The notes beneath the pieces are model-generated. The model worked only from the letters and a program-made list of their open reading frames with translations. It did not search any database and had not been told where the DNA came from. Positions 9,431 through 18,490 of a stretch of 37,191 nt of DNA are shown piece by piece (the stretch's first letter is position 1; every line of letters begins with the position of its first letter). The position numbers were made by a program, and so were the translations under genes. The DNA is from a virus (lineage: Duplodnaviria; Caudoviricetes), in IMG/VR virus record IMGVR_UViG_3300037047_000120, positions 1-37,191 of that record, one strand, 5' to 3'.

Positions 9431-9443
9431 TATTCCTCTTCAT

Positions 9444-9481
9444 CCCTCTCCATCCATTAGGATGAGGAGGGCAGGGTGGGG
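9444..9481 (+). repeat. REP-like element, family A variant, intergenic
   Basis: CCCTCTC-CATCC-ATTA-GGATG-AGGAGGG-CAGGGTGGGG. Confidence 0.65.
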
Positions 9482-9490
9482 TTGTAGTAT

Positions 9491-9949
9491 TCATTTCGTC
9501 GCCTTCTCGATTGCATCCACCAGGTCAATTCCAACAGCCTCTCGGATCTCGTCCATATGTTCATCCACTGCCGGTTTCAAATAAGGTCTTGCCGGTATAT
9601 GAACAGACTTGGCAAAAATCCTTTTCCCTTCTTTATTTACCCAGGAAAGGAATTTCCCGGCCTTGGCATTGATCACCCCGCCAAATTCATGGATCGCGGC
9701 ATACACAACTCCAGTTCCCACCGCAACCTCTGCGGCAGTGTCACTCGAAGCCTTCGAAGGGGCTACGTCGATCGAATTGACTAGGTTGCTGGTATCGATT
9801 AACTTATTTTTCCGAATATTCAAGCGCGCCCAGTTTCTGATTACCTCGCCACCTTGCATCAATGCGTGCTGCAATTGAGGACCCGAAGCAGCTTTACGCA
9901 CAGCCTCGAAACGGTTTTCCAACACCACTACTTTGACGGTTGATTTCAT
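9491..9949 (-). CDS. HK97 gp10-like neck/virion morphogenesis protein
   Basis: DTSNLVNSI, YAAIHEFGG, IPARPYLKPA. Confidence 0.85.
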   Translation of the reverse strand: MKSTVKVVVLENRFEAVRKAASGPQLQHALMQGGEVIRNWARLNIRKNKLIDTSNLVNSIDVAPSKASSDTAAEVAVGTGVVYAAIHEFGGVINAKAGKFLSWVNKEGKRIFAKSVHIPARPYLKPAVDEHMDEIREAVGIDLVDAIEKATK

Positions 9950-10329
9950 GTCTCGATCCGTTTCAATAACAACCGTATCCCGGAAGGACCGCTCTGTATT
10001 GGGCCTACGATCTCAAAAATCAGTGCCGTGGCCAGAGTTTCACCAAACCGCTTGGTGATCTTTATCCGGTCCCGCGTGTCAATCGTCGTTGTGATCGGTA
10101 ACCGGATGGATGCATCAAAGACCAGTGTTGTGTAATTCTGTCCGTGGCGTTCGGATCCCGATCGCATATCCAACCCGCAGGGGATCTCTGTGGTTGAAGT
10201 GGTATCCCATGCCCCCACAGCCTCATTCATACTGTTGGTTGTGAATGAAAACGCCTGGCGGATGGCCACATCCTGCATGTGTCCTGTCTGGGTTGATCGC
10301 ATAAAGGTGAGCGCGGCAGAATTGAACAT
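9946..10329 (-). CDS. Putative head-closure (stopper) protein
   Basis: Size, beta-rich pattern and synteny. Confidence 0.6.
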   Translation of the reverse strand: MFNSAALTFMRSTQTGHMQDVAIRQAFSFTTNSMNEAVGAWDTTSTTEIPCGLDMRSGSERHGQNYTTLVFDASIRLPITTTIDTRDRIKITKRFGETLATALIFEIVGPIQSGPSGIRLLLKRIET

Positions 10330-10718
10330 TAGGATCCCATGATTGGAACAGATTTGGCAGATCGGCGGGAACGGTAGAACGATGCCTGCTTCATATAGTG
10401 GGCGTGTTTATCGCTTACCTGGTAATTCCCGCCGTCCGCCGCGAAAGAGTGTTCATGCGCCAGAGCAGCCGCCTTTTCTGCCCAGATATCCCCTGCAGCC
10501 GCATTAAGATCGTAAGTAGGGATCCATCCCGGTGAAACTACTTTCGTAGCCGGGGATGTTGCCTGGCTCCAGGTATACGGATCTGTCCCGAGCTCATCCA
10601 CCAATGGATAACTCTCGATGAACGTTGTCAACAATGCATCACTGTAGATGGTCGTTAGAGGCTCGGCCACCATTCGGCGCAGCGTGGCAATCTGGGCGGC
10701 TGTCACTGACGTTGTCAT
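10329..10718 (-). CDS. Putative head-tail adaptor
   Basis: LRRMVAE..YSDALL..DLNAAAGDIWAEKAA; synteny. Confidence 0.65.
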   Translation of the reverse strand: MTTSVTAAQIATLRRMVAEPLTTIYSDALLTTFIESYPLVDELGTDPYTWSQATSPATKVVSPGWIPTYDLNAAAGDIWAEKAAALAHEHSFAADGGNYQVSDKHAHYMKQASFYRSRRSAKSVPIMGS

Positions 10719-10721
10719 GGG

Positions 10722-11141
10722 TTAGTCCAGCCGGGTGAAGTCAAGGTACAAAGAAGCTTTCAACCCGGCGGAAGCCTGGGCAGCACTGGTGATGGTGAGG
10801 TAACTGTTTGCTGGCCATAACACACCCTTCGGGGTTGTGGCTGCCGCTTCAGACGCGATATCTGTCCCGACAACCTTCCACACTGTTCCATCCGTGGCGT
10901 TTACTGCCAGGGCGCTGACCAGATCGGATGCGTCCGCTCCTGGGGTAGCGGTTATTCCCATATTGAAAGTTGAGGCGGCATCCGCCCCTTCTTCGATATA
11001 CAGGTCACCACCGGTGATCTGCAGCAAATGGCCTTCTGGATTCAATACTTGTCCAACCAACCCGGCGGCAACCGCGTTTCCAACAATGTCAATTTTCAAA
11101 CGGCCGCTTTGGGCTTCATCTAGACTGATTTCTACGTTCAT
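10722..11141 (-). CDS. Hypothetical virion protein, possible capsid decoration
   Basis: Beta-rich 139-aa ORF in the head module. Confidence 0.55.
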   Translation of the reverse strand: MNVEISLDEAQSGRLKIDIVGNAVAAGLVGQVLNPEGHLLQITGGDLYIEEGADAASTFNMGITATPGADASDLVSALAVNATDGTVWKVVGTDIASEAAATTPKGVLWPANSYLTITSAAQASAGLKASLYLDFTRLD

Positions 11142-11158
11142 TGTCTTTTCTCATTTCC

Positions 11159-11192
11159 GTGGGCTAACTCTCAGTGTCGGGAGTTAGCCCAC
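11159..11192. repeat. 12-bp perfect inverted repeat, REP-like hairpin
   Basis: GTGGGCTAACTC-N10-GAGTTAGCCCAC, intergenic, no clean U-tract. Confidence 0.6.
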
Positions 11193-11202
11193 ACTGGGTG
11201 GT

Positions 11203-11421
11203 TTATTTTTTGGGGTTCCCGCTTGCTTTCTTTTGGTGCCCCCTTGCTGAAGACTGAACGGGGAAGTGAGGGGATTCGTTCTTTTCTTTTCCAATCAACC
11301 CGAGGCTTTCTAGCTCGGCAAATTCATCGGGTTCGAATTGACTATCTGGAACTGGTTCCCCTTTTTCCCAGGCAATTCCGTGCCTGGCGAAATTCTTAAG
11401 AGTCGTCGCCATGGTTTTCAC
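11203..11421 (-). CDS. Small head-module protein
   Basis: HGIAWEKGE..ELESLGLI with basic tail, typical of small post-capsid genes. Confidence 0.6.
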   Translation of the reverse strand: MKTMATTLKNFARHGIAWEKGEPVPDSQFEPDEFAELESLGLIGKEKNESPHFPVQSSARGHQKKASGNPKK

Positions 11422-11426
11422 GCTTT

Positions 11427-12368
11427 CTAGGTTTTCATCTCAACGGCAACACCGCTCAGATCGGCACCGGTTACGGCTCCCATATTGCCAAACAACACAC
11501 CCCGGTCATTCGCGTCCAGTTTGGTGGTACCCAGGATCATGCAGTCTTTCAACAGCAATTTCCGCGGGGCTCCCATTCCTGCAGGGATGACAAAACCGCT
11601 GGTCAATGCGGTTGCCGAATTATTCAAGAACAGACAATTCTTGAAAATAGTATCCCTATCAATTCCGGTTGCATCAGCCACTTCGACGAATACCGCACCA
11701 CCATTACCGGCTCGCATGCGGACCGTGCAATCCTCGAAAACATTGCGGTGTGCTTCTCCATCAAAGAGGATCCCAACCATACCGTTTCCGGCATCGATCG
11801 TATCCACCCCGATGGTGCAATTGACAAAGGTGTTTTCTTCGGCACCATCCAACTTCAGCGAAGCCCCACCATCGATTGCCTGGGTTGCGTGTCCGCCTCC
11901 CGCGAAATGCACGTTCTCGAAGTAATTTCGCCCGCCAGTCACACTAACATTGATCAAACTGGTCGCGTCATTCACGCCCTGATAGATATACAGGTTCTTG
12001 AACATACAGCCCGAGGCAGAGATTGTCAGCAACGGAGACGCGCCGACAAGAGTGGAAAGCTGGAAGATCCTTGCCCTCTGTCCAATTCTGGTAGGTGCGC
12101 AATACCCGATCAAATGGGTATAGTTTTTCGCCCAGTCAAGAGCTTCATTGAGGGTTATTGATGTTGGACCTCCCACATATAAAACAACATCATGCTGGTT
12201 GGCTACACACTTGACATACGCTGCTTCCAGGGTGGCCAGTGGCAGCAACCAGTTTGTACCGACATTACCGTCGGATCCGTTGACGGGATCAACAATGTAT
12301 ACATTGCTATTTTTCCCGCGTGGTACATCTGAGAGAAAACTCTCTACCGCTTTTGGGTACAAACCCAT
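11427..12368 (-). CDS. Right-handed beta-helix (pectin lyase-like) protein in the head module
   Basis: YIVDPVNGSDGNVG..PLATLEAAY N-terminal motif; repeated FxNC rungs. Confidence 0.75.
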   Translation of the reverse strand: MGLYPKAVESFLSDVPRGKNSNVYIVDPVNGSDGNVGTNWLLPLATLEAAYVKCVANQHDVVLYVGGPTSITLNEALDWAKNYTHLIGYCAPTRIGQRARIFQLSTLVGASPLLTISASGCMFKNLYIYQGVNDATSLINVSVTGGRNYFENVHFAGGGHATQAIDGGASLKLDGAEENTFVNCTIGVDTIDAGNGMVGILFDGEAHRNVFEDCTVRMRAGNGGAVFVEVADATGIDRDTIFKNCLFLNNSATALTSGFVIPAGMGAPRKLLLKDCMILGTTKLDANDRGVLFGNMGAVTGADLSGVAVEMKT

Positions 12369-12390
12369 CTTTTACCTTCCTTTTTCTCAT

Positions 12391-12427
12391 ATCCCCTCGT
12401 CGCGCTCACCGAGCTTGTCGAGGGGAT
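12391..12427 (+). repeat. Nested REP-like element (family B in family A stem)
   Basis: ATCCCCTCG..CACCGAGCTTGTCGAGGGGAT. Confidence 0.75.
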
Positions 12428-12449
12428 TTGGTTTTATAGTGGCAGGGAA

Positions 12450-13391
12450 CTACGCCGTCAGGTAAGCAAACGGATACCGGGTCGAACTGTCAGTATTTAC
12501 CCAGTTGACCGGGTTCGGCAGGGCAAAACCCAGCCGCATGGTCAGCATCATCGCTGCCATTCGTTGCTGCATCAGGTTGAACACAATTTTCCCGCTGGTA
12601 TCCTGGATCACACCCTCAGTGAAGATATCGAATTCGATATCCTGGCGCATGGAATAAACCAGCTGCTGCCAGTCACCGGCAATTGCCTTGTAAGTGCTGG
12701 ATCCAGATCCATTCTTGGGGAAGAAGATCGGTGCGCCATCCAATAAGTACTGCCCGGCAACGGCAGGATCCCGGGTGAAGATCGGTTGCCCATTGGCGTC
12801 TCGAGTTCCACGAAGTTTTCCCTTCATTGAAAGGTCTGCGATGGCACCGTCAACCCCAAATCCGTCAACCTCGACCAGGTTGAAGACACCATCCTCGCCA
12901 AGCAATGCGTCGTAAAGATCAGGGAAACCTGCCAGCGACACATTATGACCGGCTGCTAATGCACCTGCGACAATTGCGCTCGGCCATGCTGATGGTTTAT
13001 TCGTGCCATAGAGAAGAGCTTTATCTATGGCCGCCCCGGCTGCGGTCTTCATGATCGGCTGCACCTGGCTCCAGATCGGAATCCGCGCGTCACTCAAAAC
13101 GTTCTTGGGGATCGGCACAAGCACGGCCAGATCTTTGGCGTATACATTTACACCTTCCCAGTTGATCTCGGTGGTCTGAACCAATCCGGTATCCCCATCC
13201 GGGAAATACGCGCTGGCTAAAGCCGAGAGAACCGGCATTTCGTTCTCGTAAACAGACATATCCCGCAGCCTGCGTCCCATCCGCATCACATGACTGGACT
13301 CGGTGGCTACAGTGTTGACTAACTCAAGGCTGGTTTCAACCGGGACAATCCCGGAAACATCAGCTCGGTTGATTACGTTATCGTGTGGCAT
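12450..13391 (-). CDS. Major capsid protein (HK97 fold)
   Basis: KDLAVLVPIPKNVL, IDKALLYG, RDANGQPIF, IAGDWQ, NLMQQRMAAM. Confidence 0.93.
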   Translation of the reverse strand: MPHDNVINRADVSGIVPVETSLELVNTVATESSHVMRMGRRLRDMSVYENEMPVLSALASAYFPDGDTGLVQTTEINWEGVNVYAKDLAVLVPIPKNVLSDARIPIWSQVQPIMKTAAGAAIDKALLYGTNKPSAWPSAIVAGALAAGHNVSLAGFPDLYDALLGEDGVFNLVEVDGFGVDGAIADLSMKGKLRGTRDANGQPIFTRDPAVAGQYLLDGAPIFFPKNGSGSSTYKAIAGDWQQLVYSMRQDIEFDIFTEGVIQDTSGKIVFNLMQQRMAAMMLTMRLGFALPNPVNWVNTDSSTRYPFAYLTA

Positions 13392-13410
13392 ATCTTTCTC
13401 CTTCTTTTTG

Positions 13411-13466
13411 TCCCCCTCGCTTACGCACTGGATTTTTTCCAGGGTCGTGAAAGGGGGTTGGGGGAA
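13411..13466 (+). repeat. REP-like element, family A with a hairpin in its loop
   Basis: TCCCCCT..CTGGA-TTTT-TTCCAG..AAGGGGG-TTGGGGGAA. Confidence 0.72.
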
Positions 13467-13469
13467 TTT

Positions 13470-14108
13470 TTAGACTGTATTCCTTCCGGCTTTGATGCGG
13501 ATCAGGTCATCCATCGATTGGGTGCCTGTACCGCTATTTTGGGACCCACTTCCCGCGTTTCCATCAGGAAGGAATTTACCGAATAACTCGGGCGCCATCT
13601 TCTTGATGGCATCCCAATCAGGGTTACCGCGTTTATCAAAGAGGTCTTCCGCGTTGGCCAGTGCGAAGGCTGCCTTTGGATTACTACAACCTATCTCAGG
13701 TTTTGTCGCTTCCTCGGCAAAATTTGCGCGTTTGTCAGAAGCATTCAGCTTCGACTGCAAATCAAGCAGTGATTTTTCCAGTTCACTGCCTTTTTCTGCC
13801 TTGGGCAGCAATTCTTTGAGCTGATTAGACAGACCATCCCGTTCTTCCCGGGTGGCTTTCACGGTATTCTTCAATCCAGTTATGTGGGTGTCGTACAGCT
13901 TTTTGACTGTTTCCGGCTGTTTCTCAACCCAGGCTTCAAATGTCTCATTTGAAGCTCCGGCATCGCCTTTATTTCCGCCACCAGATCCATCGGCGGCTGA
14001 GTTTCCGGTGGCTGAGCTACCGTTGGTCGAGCTTCCGTTGGCTGAGCTTGTCGAAGCCCCGCCGCCCTCTGGTGAAAAATACCAACCTCTTTGAAATTCG
14101 TGGTTCAT
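13470..14108 (-). CDS. Capsid scaffolding protein
   Basis: Gly/Ser-rich N-terminus, coiled coil, PELF motif, SMDDLIR C-terminus; directly upstream of the capsid gene. Confidence 0.82.
   Translation of the reverse strand: MNHEFQRGWYFSPEGGGASTSSANGSSTNGSSATGNSAADGSGGGNKGDAGASNETFEAWVEKQPETVKKLYDTHITGLKNTVKATREERDGLSNQLKELLPKAEKGSELEKSLLDLQSKLNASDKRANFAEEATKPEIGCSNPKAAFALANAEDLFDKRGNPDWDAIKKMAPELFGKFLPDGNAGSGSQNSGTGTQSMDDLIRIKAGRNTV
14005..14058 (+). repeat. Family B element plus derived 15-bp tandem repeats, in-frame in scaffold
   Basis: CCGGTGGCTGAGCTA/CCGTTGGTCGAGCTT/CCGTTGGCTGAGCTTGTCGAAGCC; encodes ASTSSANGSSTNGSSATG. Confidence 0.72.
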
Positions 14109-14142
14109 TGCTTTCTCCTTTTCGGCATCCCGCCGTTTAATG

Positions 14143-14187
14143 AAAAAGCGCCACCCGGTGACGTTTGAAACGTTCCGAATGGCGCTC
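14143..14187 (-). terminator. Intrinsic terminator/attenuator upstream of the scaffold gene
   Basis: Minus strand GAGCGCCATTCGG-AACGTTTCAAACGTCA-CCGGGTGGCGCT-TTTT. Confidence 0.7.
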
Positions 14188-14277
14188 TGTAATTCGTTGC
14201 CCGATCATGTCGGGGCTGGCGCTCTGGCGCTATCTATGGCTAAATCTCTCAGCCAATTAAATATATTTTACGTCATT

Positions 14278-14484
14278 TCACGATAGTTTCAAATCCCCTC
14301 CTTTGGTTGGTAAACCAACATCCCCCTTCGAGGGGTGTCGATGGGAAGGATGATTCACGGGAATTCCTTCCAGGTCAATAATCGTCAACCGCTCCCGATT
14401 CTTTATTTCAATCAATCTGCGGGTTGGGTCATACCGAAATAATAAATGATTGGTTCCCGGTTCGCGGATATCTACATAACTCAT
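14278..14484 (-). CDS. Com-like small regulator lacking zinc-binding cysteines
   Basis: DIR....LLFR..IEIK....IIDL pattern; located between minor head and scaffold; followed by GAGCGCC repeats. Confidence 0.5.
   Translation of the reverse strand: MSYVDIREPGTNHLLFRYDPTRRLIEIKNRERLTIIDLEGIPVNHPSHRHPSKGDVGLPTKGGDLKLS
14294..14352 (+). repeat. Composite REP-like element forming the C-terminus of the Com-like ORF
   Basis: TCCCCTCCTTTGGTTGGTAAACCAACATCCCCCTTCGAGGGGTGTCGATGGGAAGGA. Confidence 0.55.
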
Positions 14485-15515
14485 CCACCACCTCCACCCA
14501 CCAATTCAGCCAACGGTTTCACCCGGATCTGTTCTCCCCATTTCTCGTCGTGCCCAATCTGGGCGATATCTTTTAATTGAAACTTTCCGCTCTTCCAGGC
14601 ATCATAATGCCCTGATCCCATAATGCTCTGCTGGATATCCTCCGGCTGTTTGGTAAACCATTCAATTCCAGTAAGAACGTTCGGAGGATTAACCCCTCGC
14701 ACGTTGGCTGTAGTGAAACACATTCCTTTTGGATGATCACCAAACTGGACAGACACCGGATAAACCCTCCCATCAGCAGCAATACAGGCCATACAGGATG
14801 TATCGGAAAAGGCGCTTCGCCTGGTGTACGTGGCAATGACGCCAGATTCTTGATATTGGGCAACATTGGCCACACGAAAAGCCCGGATCTGTTCCGTCCG
14901 TGCCACGGTCATCGCCCGTTCAAGATTCCCTCGCATATATCTGCTGATCATCACGGCAGTTTCCCGCGGACCTTTTCCCTGGGTAATTCCATCCACCAAC
15001 AATTTGCTGATATCCGTTGCAGTTTCCGCATAGTCAGTCCGCAATAAACTGCCCAGGGGTGATCCATCACCCAGAAATCCGACCATGTTTTCAATTGCCC
15101 GAAATGGCAGCATATCAAATTTGATGGCATATATCCCTGCGATTGCGTACGCATCCTGGATGTCACTCACCCCCTTGGCCAGTCCCTGGCTAATATGCCA
15201 GGCTTGTCCCTCTCGCACAGCCTCTTCGGCTTTTGTGTAGAACTTGGAAATCCGGTCCTGAGATTGTGCCAGAAGCGATTGCATCCGTTCGAGTTTCCTA
15301 ACCATGGCAGCATCCACAACCTTGCCTTCCAGGCTGGAGGAATAAATCTCGAAAGTAACAGCGTCAATAGCCATTTGGAGATCGTTTTCAACCCGATTCC
15401 ACTCCATAGCCATCCGCATGAATTCTTCCGATTCGTAATTCCTTGAAGCCAGCAAGAAGGCTTTCACCTTTGAATACACCTCTCCAACTGGTTGCGGCTG
15501 CGTAGGTAAGGTCAT
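14481..15515 (-). CDS. Minor head protein (Mu gpF/SPP1 gp7-like)
   Basis: RAMTVARTEQIRA, SCMACIAADG, HPKGMC. Confidence 0.88.
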   Translation of the reverse strand: MTLPTQPQPVGEVYSKVKAFLLASRNYESEEFMRMAMEWNRVENDLQMAIDAVTFEIYSSSLEGKVVDAAMVRKLERMQSLLAQSQDRISKFYTKAEEAVREGQAWHISQGLAKGVSDIQDAYAIAGIYAIKFDMLPFRAIENMVGFLGDGSPLGSLLRTDYAETATDISKLLVDGITQGKGPRETAVMISRYMRGNLERAMTVARTEQIRAFRVANVAQYQESGVIATYTRRSAFSDTSCMACIAADGRVYPVSVQFGDHPKGMCFTTANVRGVNPPNVLTGIEWFTKQPEDIQQSIMGSGHYDAWKSGKFQLKDIAQIGHDEKWGEQIRVKPLAELVGGGGG

Positions 15516-16897
15516 TCGGGCACCTGGTTGAAATTCTTTACCGCTTCAGCATACACATCTGCCAGGTTGGCCTTTTCTTCTGCCTTTGCTTTGGAAATAG
15601 CCTCCGTTATATTTTTGACTTCTTCCTGGCTAAACCCATGCCACAGCAAAACAAATTCCAGGGGAATGATCTTTGCCTGAATTGAGATGATCTCCCACTC
15701 GGTTTTAGGTTGGATCGTTGCCGGATTGGCAAAATTGACATTGATCATATTCGGGTCAACTTTCATCCCCATGATCTGCAAAGCGAAGGCAGCCACTTCC
15801 TTCCACACAGGTGTAAATTTATCGATCCGATCCTGCACTTTTTTATTCAAGGGTGCTTCCATCGCGATCAATGCTTCACCAGATGGCGCGTCGCTGGACG
15901 GGTCAAAATAATATTTTGGAGTACCGGTATTGTTCGAAACATAACCTACTAGGCTGTCAATACCATCGATGTAATTCTTTAATTCTGTTGATGAAAATTC
16001 GCCAACTTCAGTATCTTGTTCGCCTGCCATACCTGCCGGAAGATCGAGGATCGATCCCGGTTTGGGCTTCAGCGTTGATGTATCGCTATTGGATATGATC
16101 CAGCGCATTTTCATCGCCCCAAATTCGGCCGCGATCATCATATCCGCCAACAATTTATTGATCCCATTCTGCAGGGGTATGACGTTCCGGATATCCGATT
16201 TTACGATGCGCTTCTCAACCCGGAAATGAAAAACCGGAATCTTTCCATATGGATTTTTCGGCCAGGCAATTTCTTTGTTTTTTTCACTCACCCCTTTACG
16301 AGCGGTATCTGGTTTGAAGGAATTAGCTTCTACCCCGCCCTTCGAACCTGCATCTTTCGCATTCTGTGTTTTGTAATATTCCAGCCGGTCTGGGTAATAC
16401 AGCGTCAGATGATAAAACCCATCATCCTCCTGCCATAACTTCGCGGCATATCGCGGTTTCCGTGGATTGCCCGACTCGTAGAAAATGTGCACATTCCTCG
16501 GGTCATTGTAGAAAATCTCCGCCATGCCGCTATCTTTCCCATCAACGACATACGGCCAGACAATGACAAAACTTTCCCCAATTACACACGCTGCTTCATG
16601 TGTCTCATCAGATTCATTGACGAGATCCTGGGAAATCACCAGGGATGAAAGCATTGTGTTTATCTTCTTGTCCTCGCAGGTAAACCCTTTAAACGAAATC
16701 CGTTCCTTAACCGAGTCAATTACTACAGCGCAGATGTTCGAGGTGAAATTTTCTTCAAGGTCCCTGAAAACCTCCTTGAGTTTTTGGGTGGAGTAAACAA
16801 CCGGTTGGTTGCCATCGTAATACTGAAACAGGGTCGTATATCCATTTTGCTTCCCAATAATTGTCTCCACCGCTCGTTCAACATCAGTCTTGGCCAT
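15512..16897 (-). CDS. Portal protein (SPP1 gp6-like)
   Basis: QYYDGNQP, NICAVVID, NPYGKIPVFHF, PSGEAL; follows terminase. Confidence 0.92.
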   Translation of the reverse strand: MAKTDVERAVETIIGKQNGYTTLFQYYDGNQPVVYSTQKLKEVFRDLEENFTSNICAVVIDSVKERISFKGFTCEDKKINTMLSSLVISQDLVNESDETHEAACVIGESFVIVWPYVVDGKDSGMAEIFYNDPRNVHIFYESGNPRKPRYAAKLWQEDDGFYHLTLYYPDRLEYYKTQNAKDAGSKGGVEANSFKPDTARKGVSEKNKEIAWPKNPYGKIPVFHFRVEKRIVKSDIRNVIPLQNGINKLLADMMIAAEFGAMKMRWIISNSDTSTLKPKPGSILDLPAGMAGEQDTEVGEFSSTELKNYIDGIDSLVGYVSNNTGTPKYYFDPSSDAPSGEALIAMEAPLNKKVQDRIDKFTPVWKEVAAFALQIMGMKVDPNMINVNFANPATIQPKTEWEIISIQAKIIPLEFVLLWHGFSQEEVKNITEAISKAKAEEKANLADVYAEAVKNFNQVPE

Positions 16898-16906
16898 GTC
16901 TACTCC

Positions 16907-18490
16907 TTATCCGTCATGCTGTGATGCTTTCCGCCTGATCCTGTTAGCGCTTTCTGCGATCATCTGTGTTCCACCACTGACTGTATCAACAACGTCATCG
17001 TGCTTCCCGTTAGGAAAGGCGAGCAACTGACGGATGGCCGTAATATTCCAGGGACCGCGCACCAGTTTGAAATTCCCGCTCAACGATCGGGTTCTGACAG
17101 GCCTGGCTCGAGTCACCTTATCGCCGTCCGGTTTGACCCGCAATATTGCAATATTGGCCAATCGTGGTTGTTTTGTGAAATCCTTGAATACACGGCTTTG
17201 GAAGGCTACATCCTCCACTCCCCAGATCACACCTTTGTTTTTCTCCAGAAGCATAAGCTCGGCTACATCTTTAATAAACTCATCCAGGTCACGCACCTGA
17301 AGGAGATCCCGCCCCCACAGATCCCCATTACTGGCATCCAATGCCATAAGCATGACCGCGTTCAAGTCACTCTGTTTTGACTCACCAAGCGCCAGATCCA
17401 TATAAGCAAACCACTGCAAGAGCTCTGGTGCGCTTTCCCGAATGATGATGTTTTTTTCATCAAAAAAATTACCTGATTGTGGCCGCGGTAATTGTTGGTC
17501 CAAGGATGAAAATTCCTGGTCATCAGTATTTGCTTTTTTCCGTTCCAGATCTTCTTTTGTGAACTTCTCCGGCCAAAGGACCTCCCCCGGTTGCCGGTGC
17601 AATGGATCCTCGTAAGGGATAAATATCCCTCTCACCAGGTTTTCACGAAATTGAATCTCGTTCTGTGGGTATTCATTCTTTTCTAAGGCTATAGCGGGCA
17701 GGAATAAGACTTCCCACTGGTCTGCAAAAGGATCATCGCTGCCCATCAACTGCAACAATTGACCCACCAGATCATCCGGATGCCAGCGGGTATGCATGAT
17801 TACAATCGCCCCGCCTTTTTCTAATCGTTGGTAAGCTACTGACCGGTACCAGTTCATTACTTTTCGGCGGTAACTTTCGCTCTCGGCATCTTCCCGGGAT
17901 TTGAAAGGATCATCAATAATTAACAGGTGCGCCCCAAGTCCTGTTAGACCTCCACCAATTCCAGCCGCGTTCACTCCTCCTCGGAAGGGTGCGGCCAGGT
18001 TCCAATCTGCTTTGGAGCGGCTGTCTTCGCTTAAACCAACTGGTAAAGATAATGCTGATTTCTGACCGAAGACATTTCCAAATTCTTTACTGGTTACATA
18101 ATTGCGGATAGACCGGCTATCTTCTTCAGCCAGATCTGCCCCATACGATGCCACAATAACCCTGGAATCTGGCAGACAACCAAGCACCCAAGAAGGGAAT
18201 AATCGCGCTGCCTCTTCAGTTTTCCCCATCCGGGGCGGTTCATTGACGATTACCCTGCCAATACCCTCTGCTCCTTTGGTTGCAATGAATAATTTCACCT
18301 TTTCGAGAGTTTCCCCAACAAGAAAATGGTGTCTGGCAGGTTTGTACCAATCCGCCACGTATTGGCAGTAATGCATAAATTTCCGGCGGGCCAACTCCCG
18401 CTTCGCGCGTTCGGCTTTTGCCGCATCCGGAGTAGGGGTTCTTCTCCGTTGTCCCAGTCCGGTCGGTGAACCCATAGCTTCAATTACCAT
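16907..18490 (-). CDS. terL: Terminase large subunit
   Basis: Walker A PPRMGKT, Walker B LLIIDDPFK, TRWHPDDL, C-terminal FPNGKHDDVVD nuclease motif. Confidence 0.96.
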   Translation of the reverse strand: MVIEAMGSPTGLGQRRRTPTPDAAKAERAKRELARRKFMHYCQYVADWYKPARHHFLVGETLEKVKLFIATKGAEGIGRVIVNEPPRMGKTEEAARLFPSWVLGCLPDSRVIVASYGADLAEEDSRSIRNYVTSKEFGNVFGQKSALSLPVGLSEDSRSKADWNLAAPFRGGVNAAGIGGGLTGLGAHLLIIDDPFKSREDAESESYRRKVMNWYRSVAYQRLEKGGAIVIMHTRWHPDDLVGQLLQLMGSDDPFADQWEVLFLPAIALEKNEYPQNEIQFRENLVRGIFIPYEDPLHRQPGEVLWPEKFTKEDLERKKANTDDQEFSSLDQQLPRPQSGNFFDEKNIIIRESAPELLQWFAYMDLALGESKQSDLNAVMLMALDASNGDLWGRDLLQVRDLDEFIKDVAELMLLEKNKGVIWGVEDVAFQSRVFKDFTKQPRLANIAILRVKPDGDKVTRARPVRTRSLSGNFKLVRGPWNITAIRQLLAFPNGKHDDVVDTVSGGTQMIAESANRIRRKASQHDG

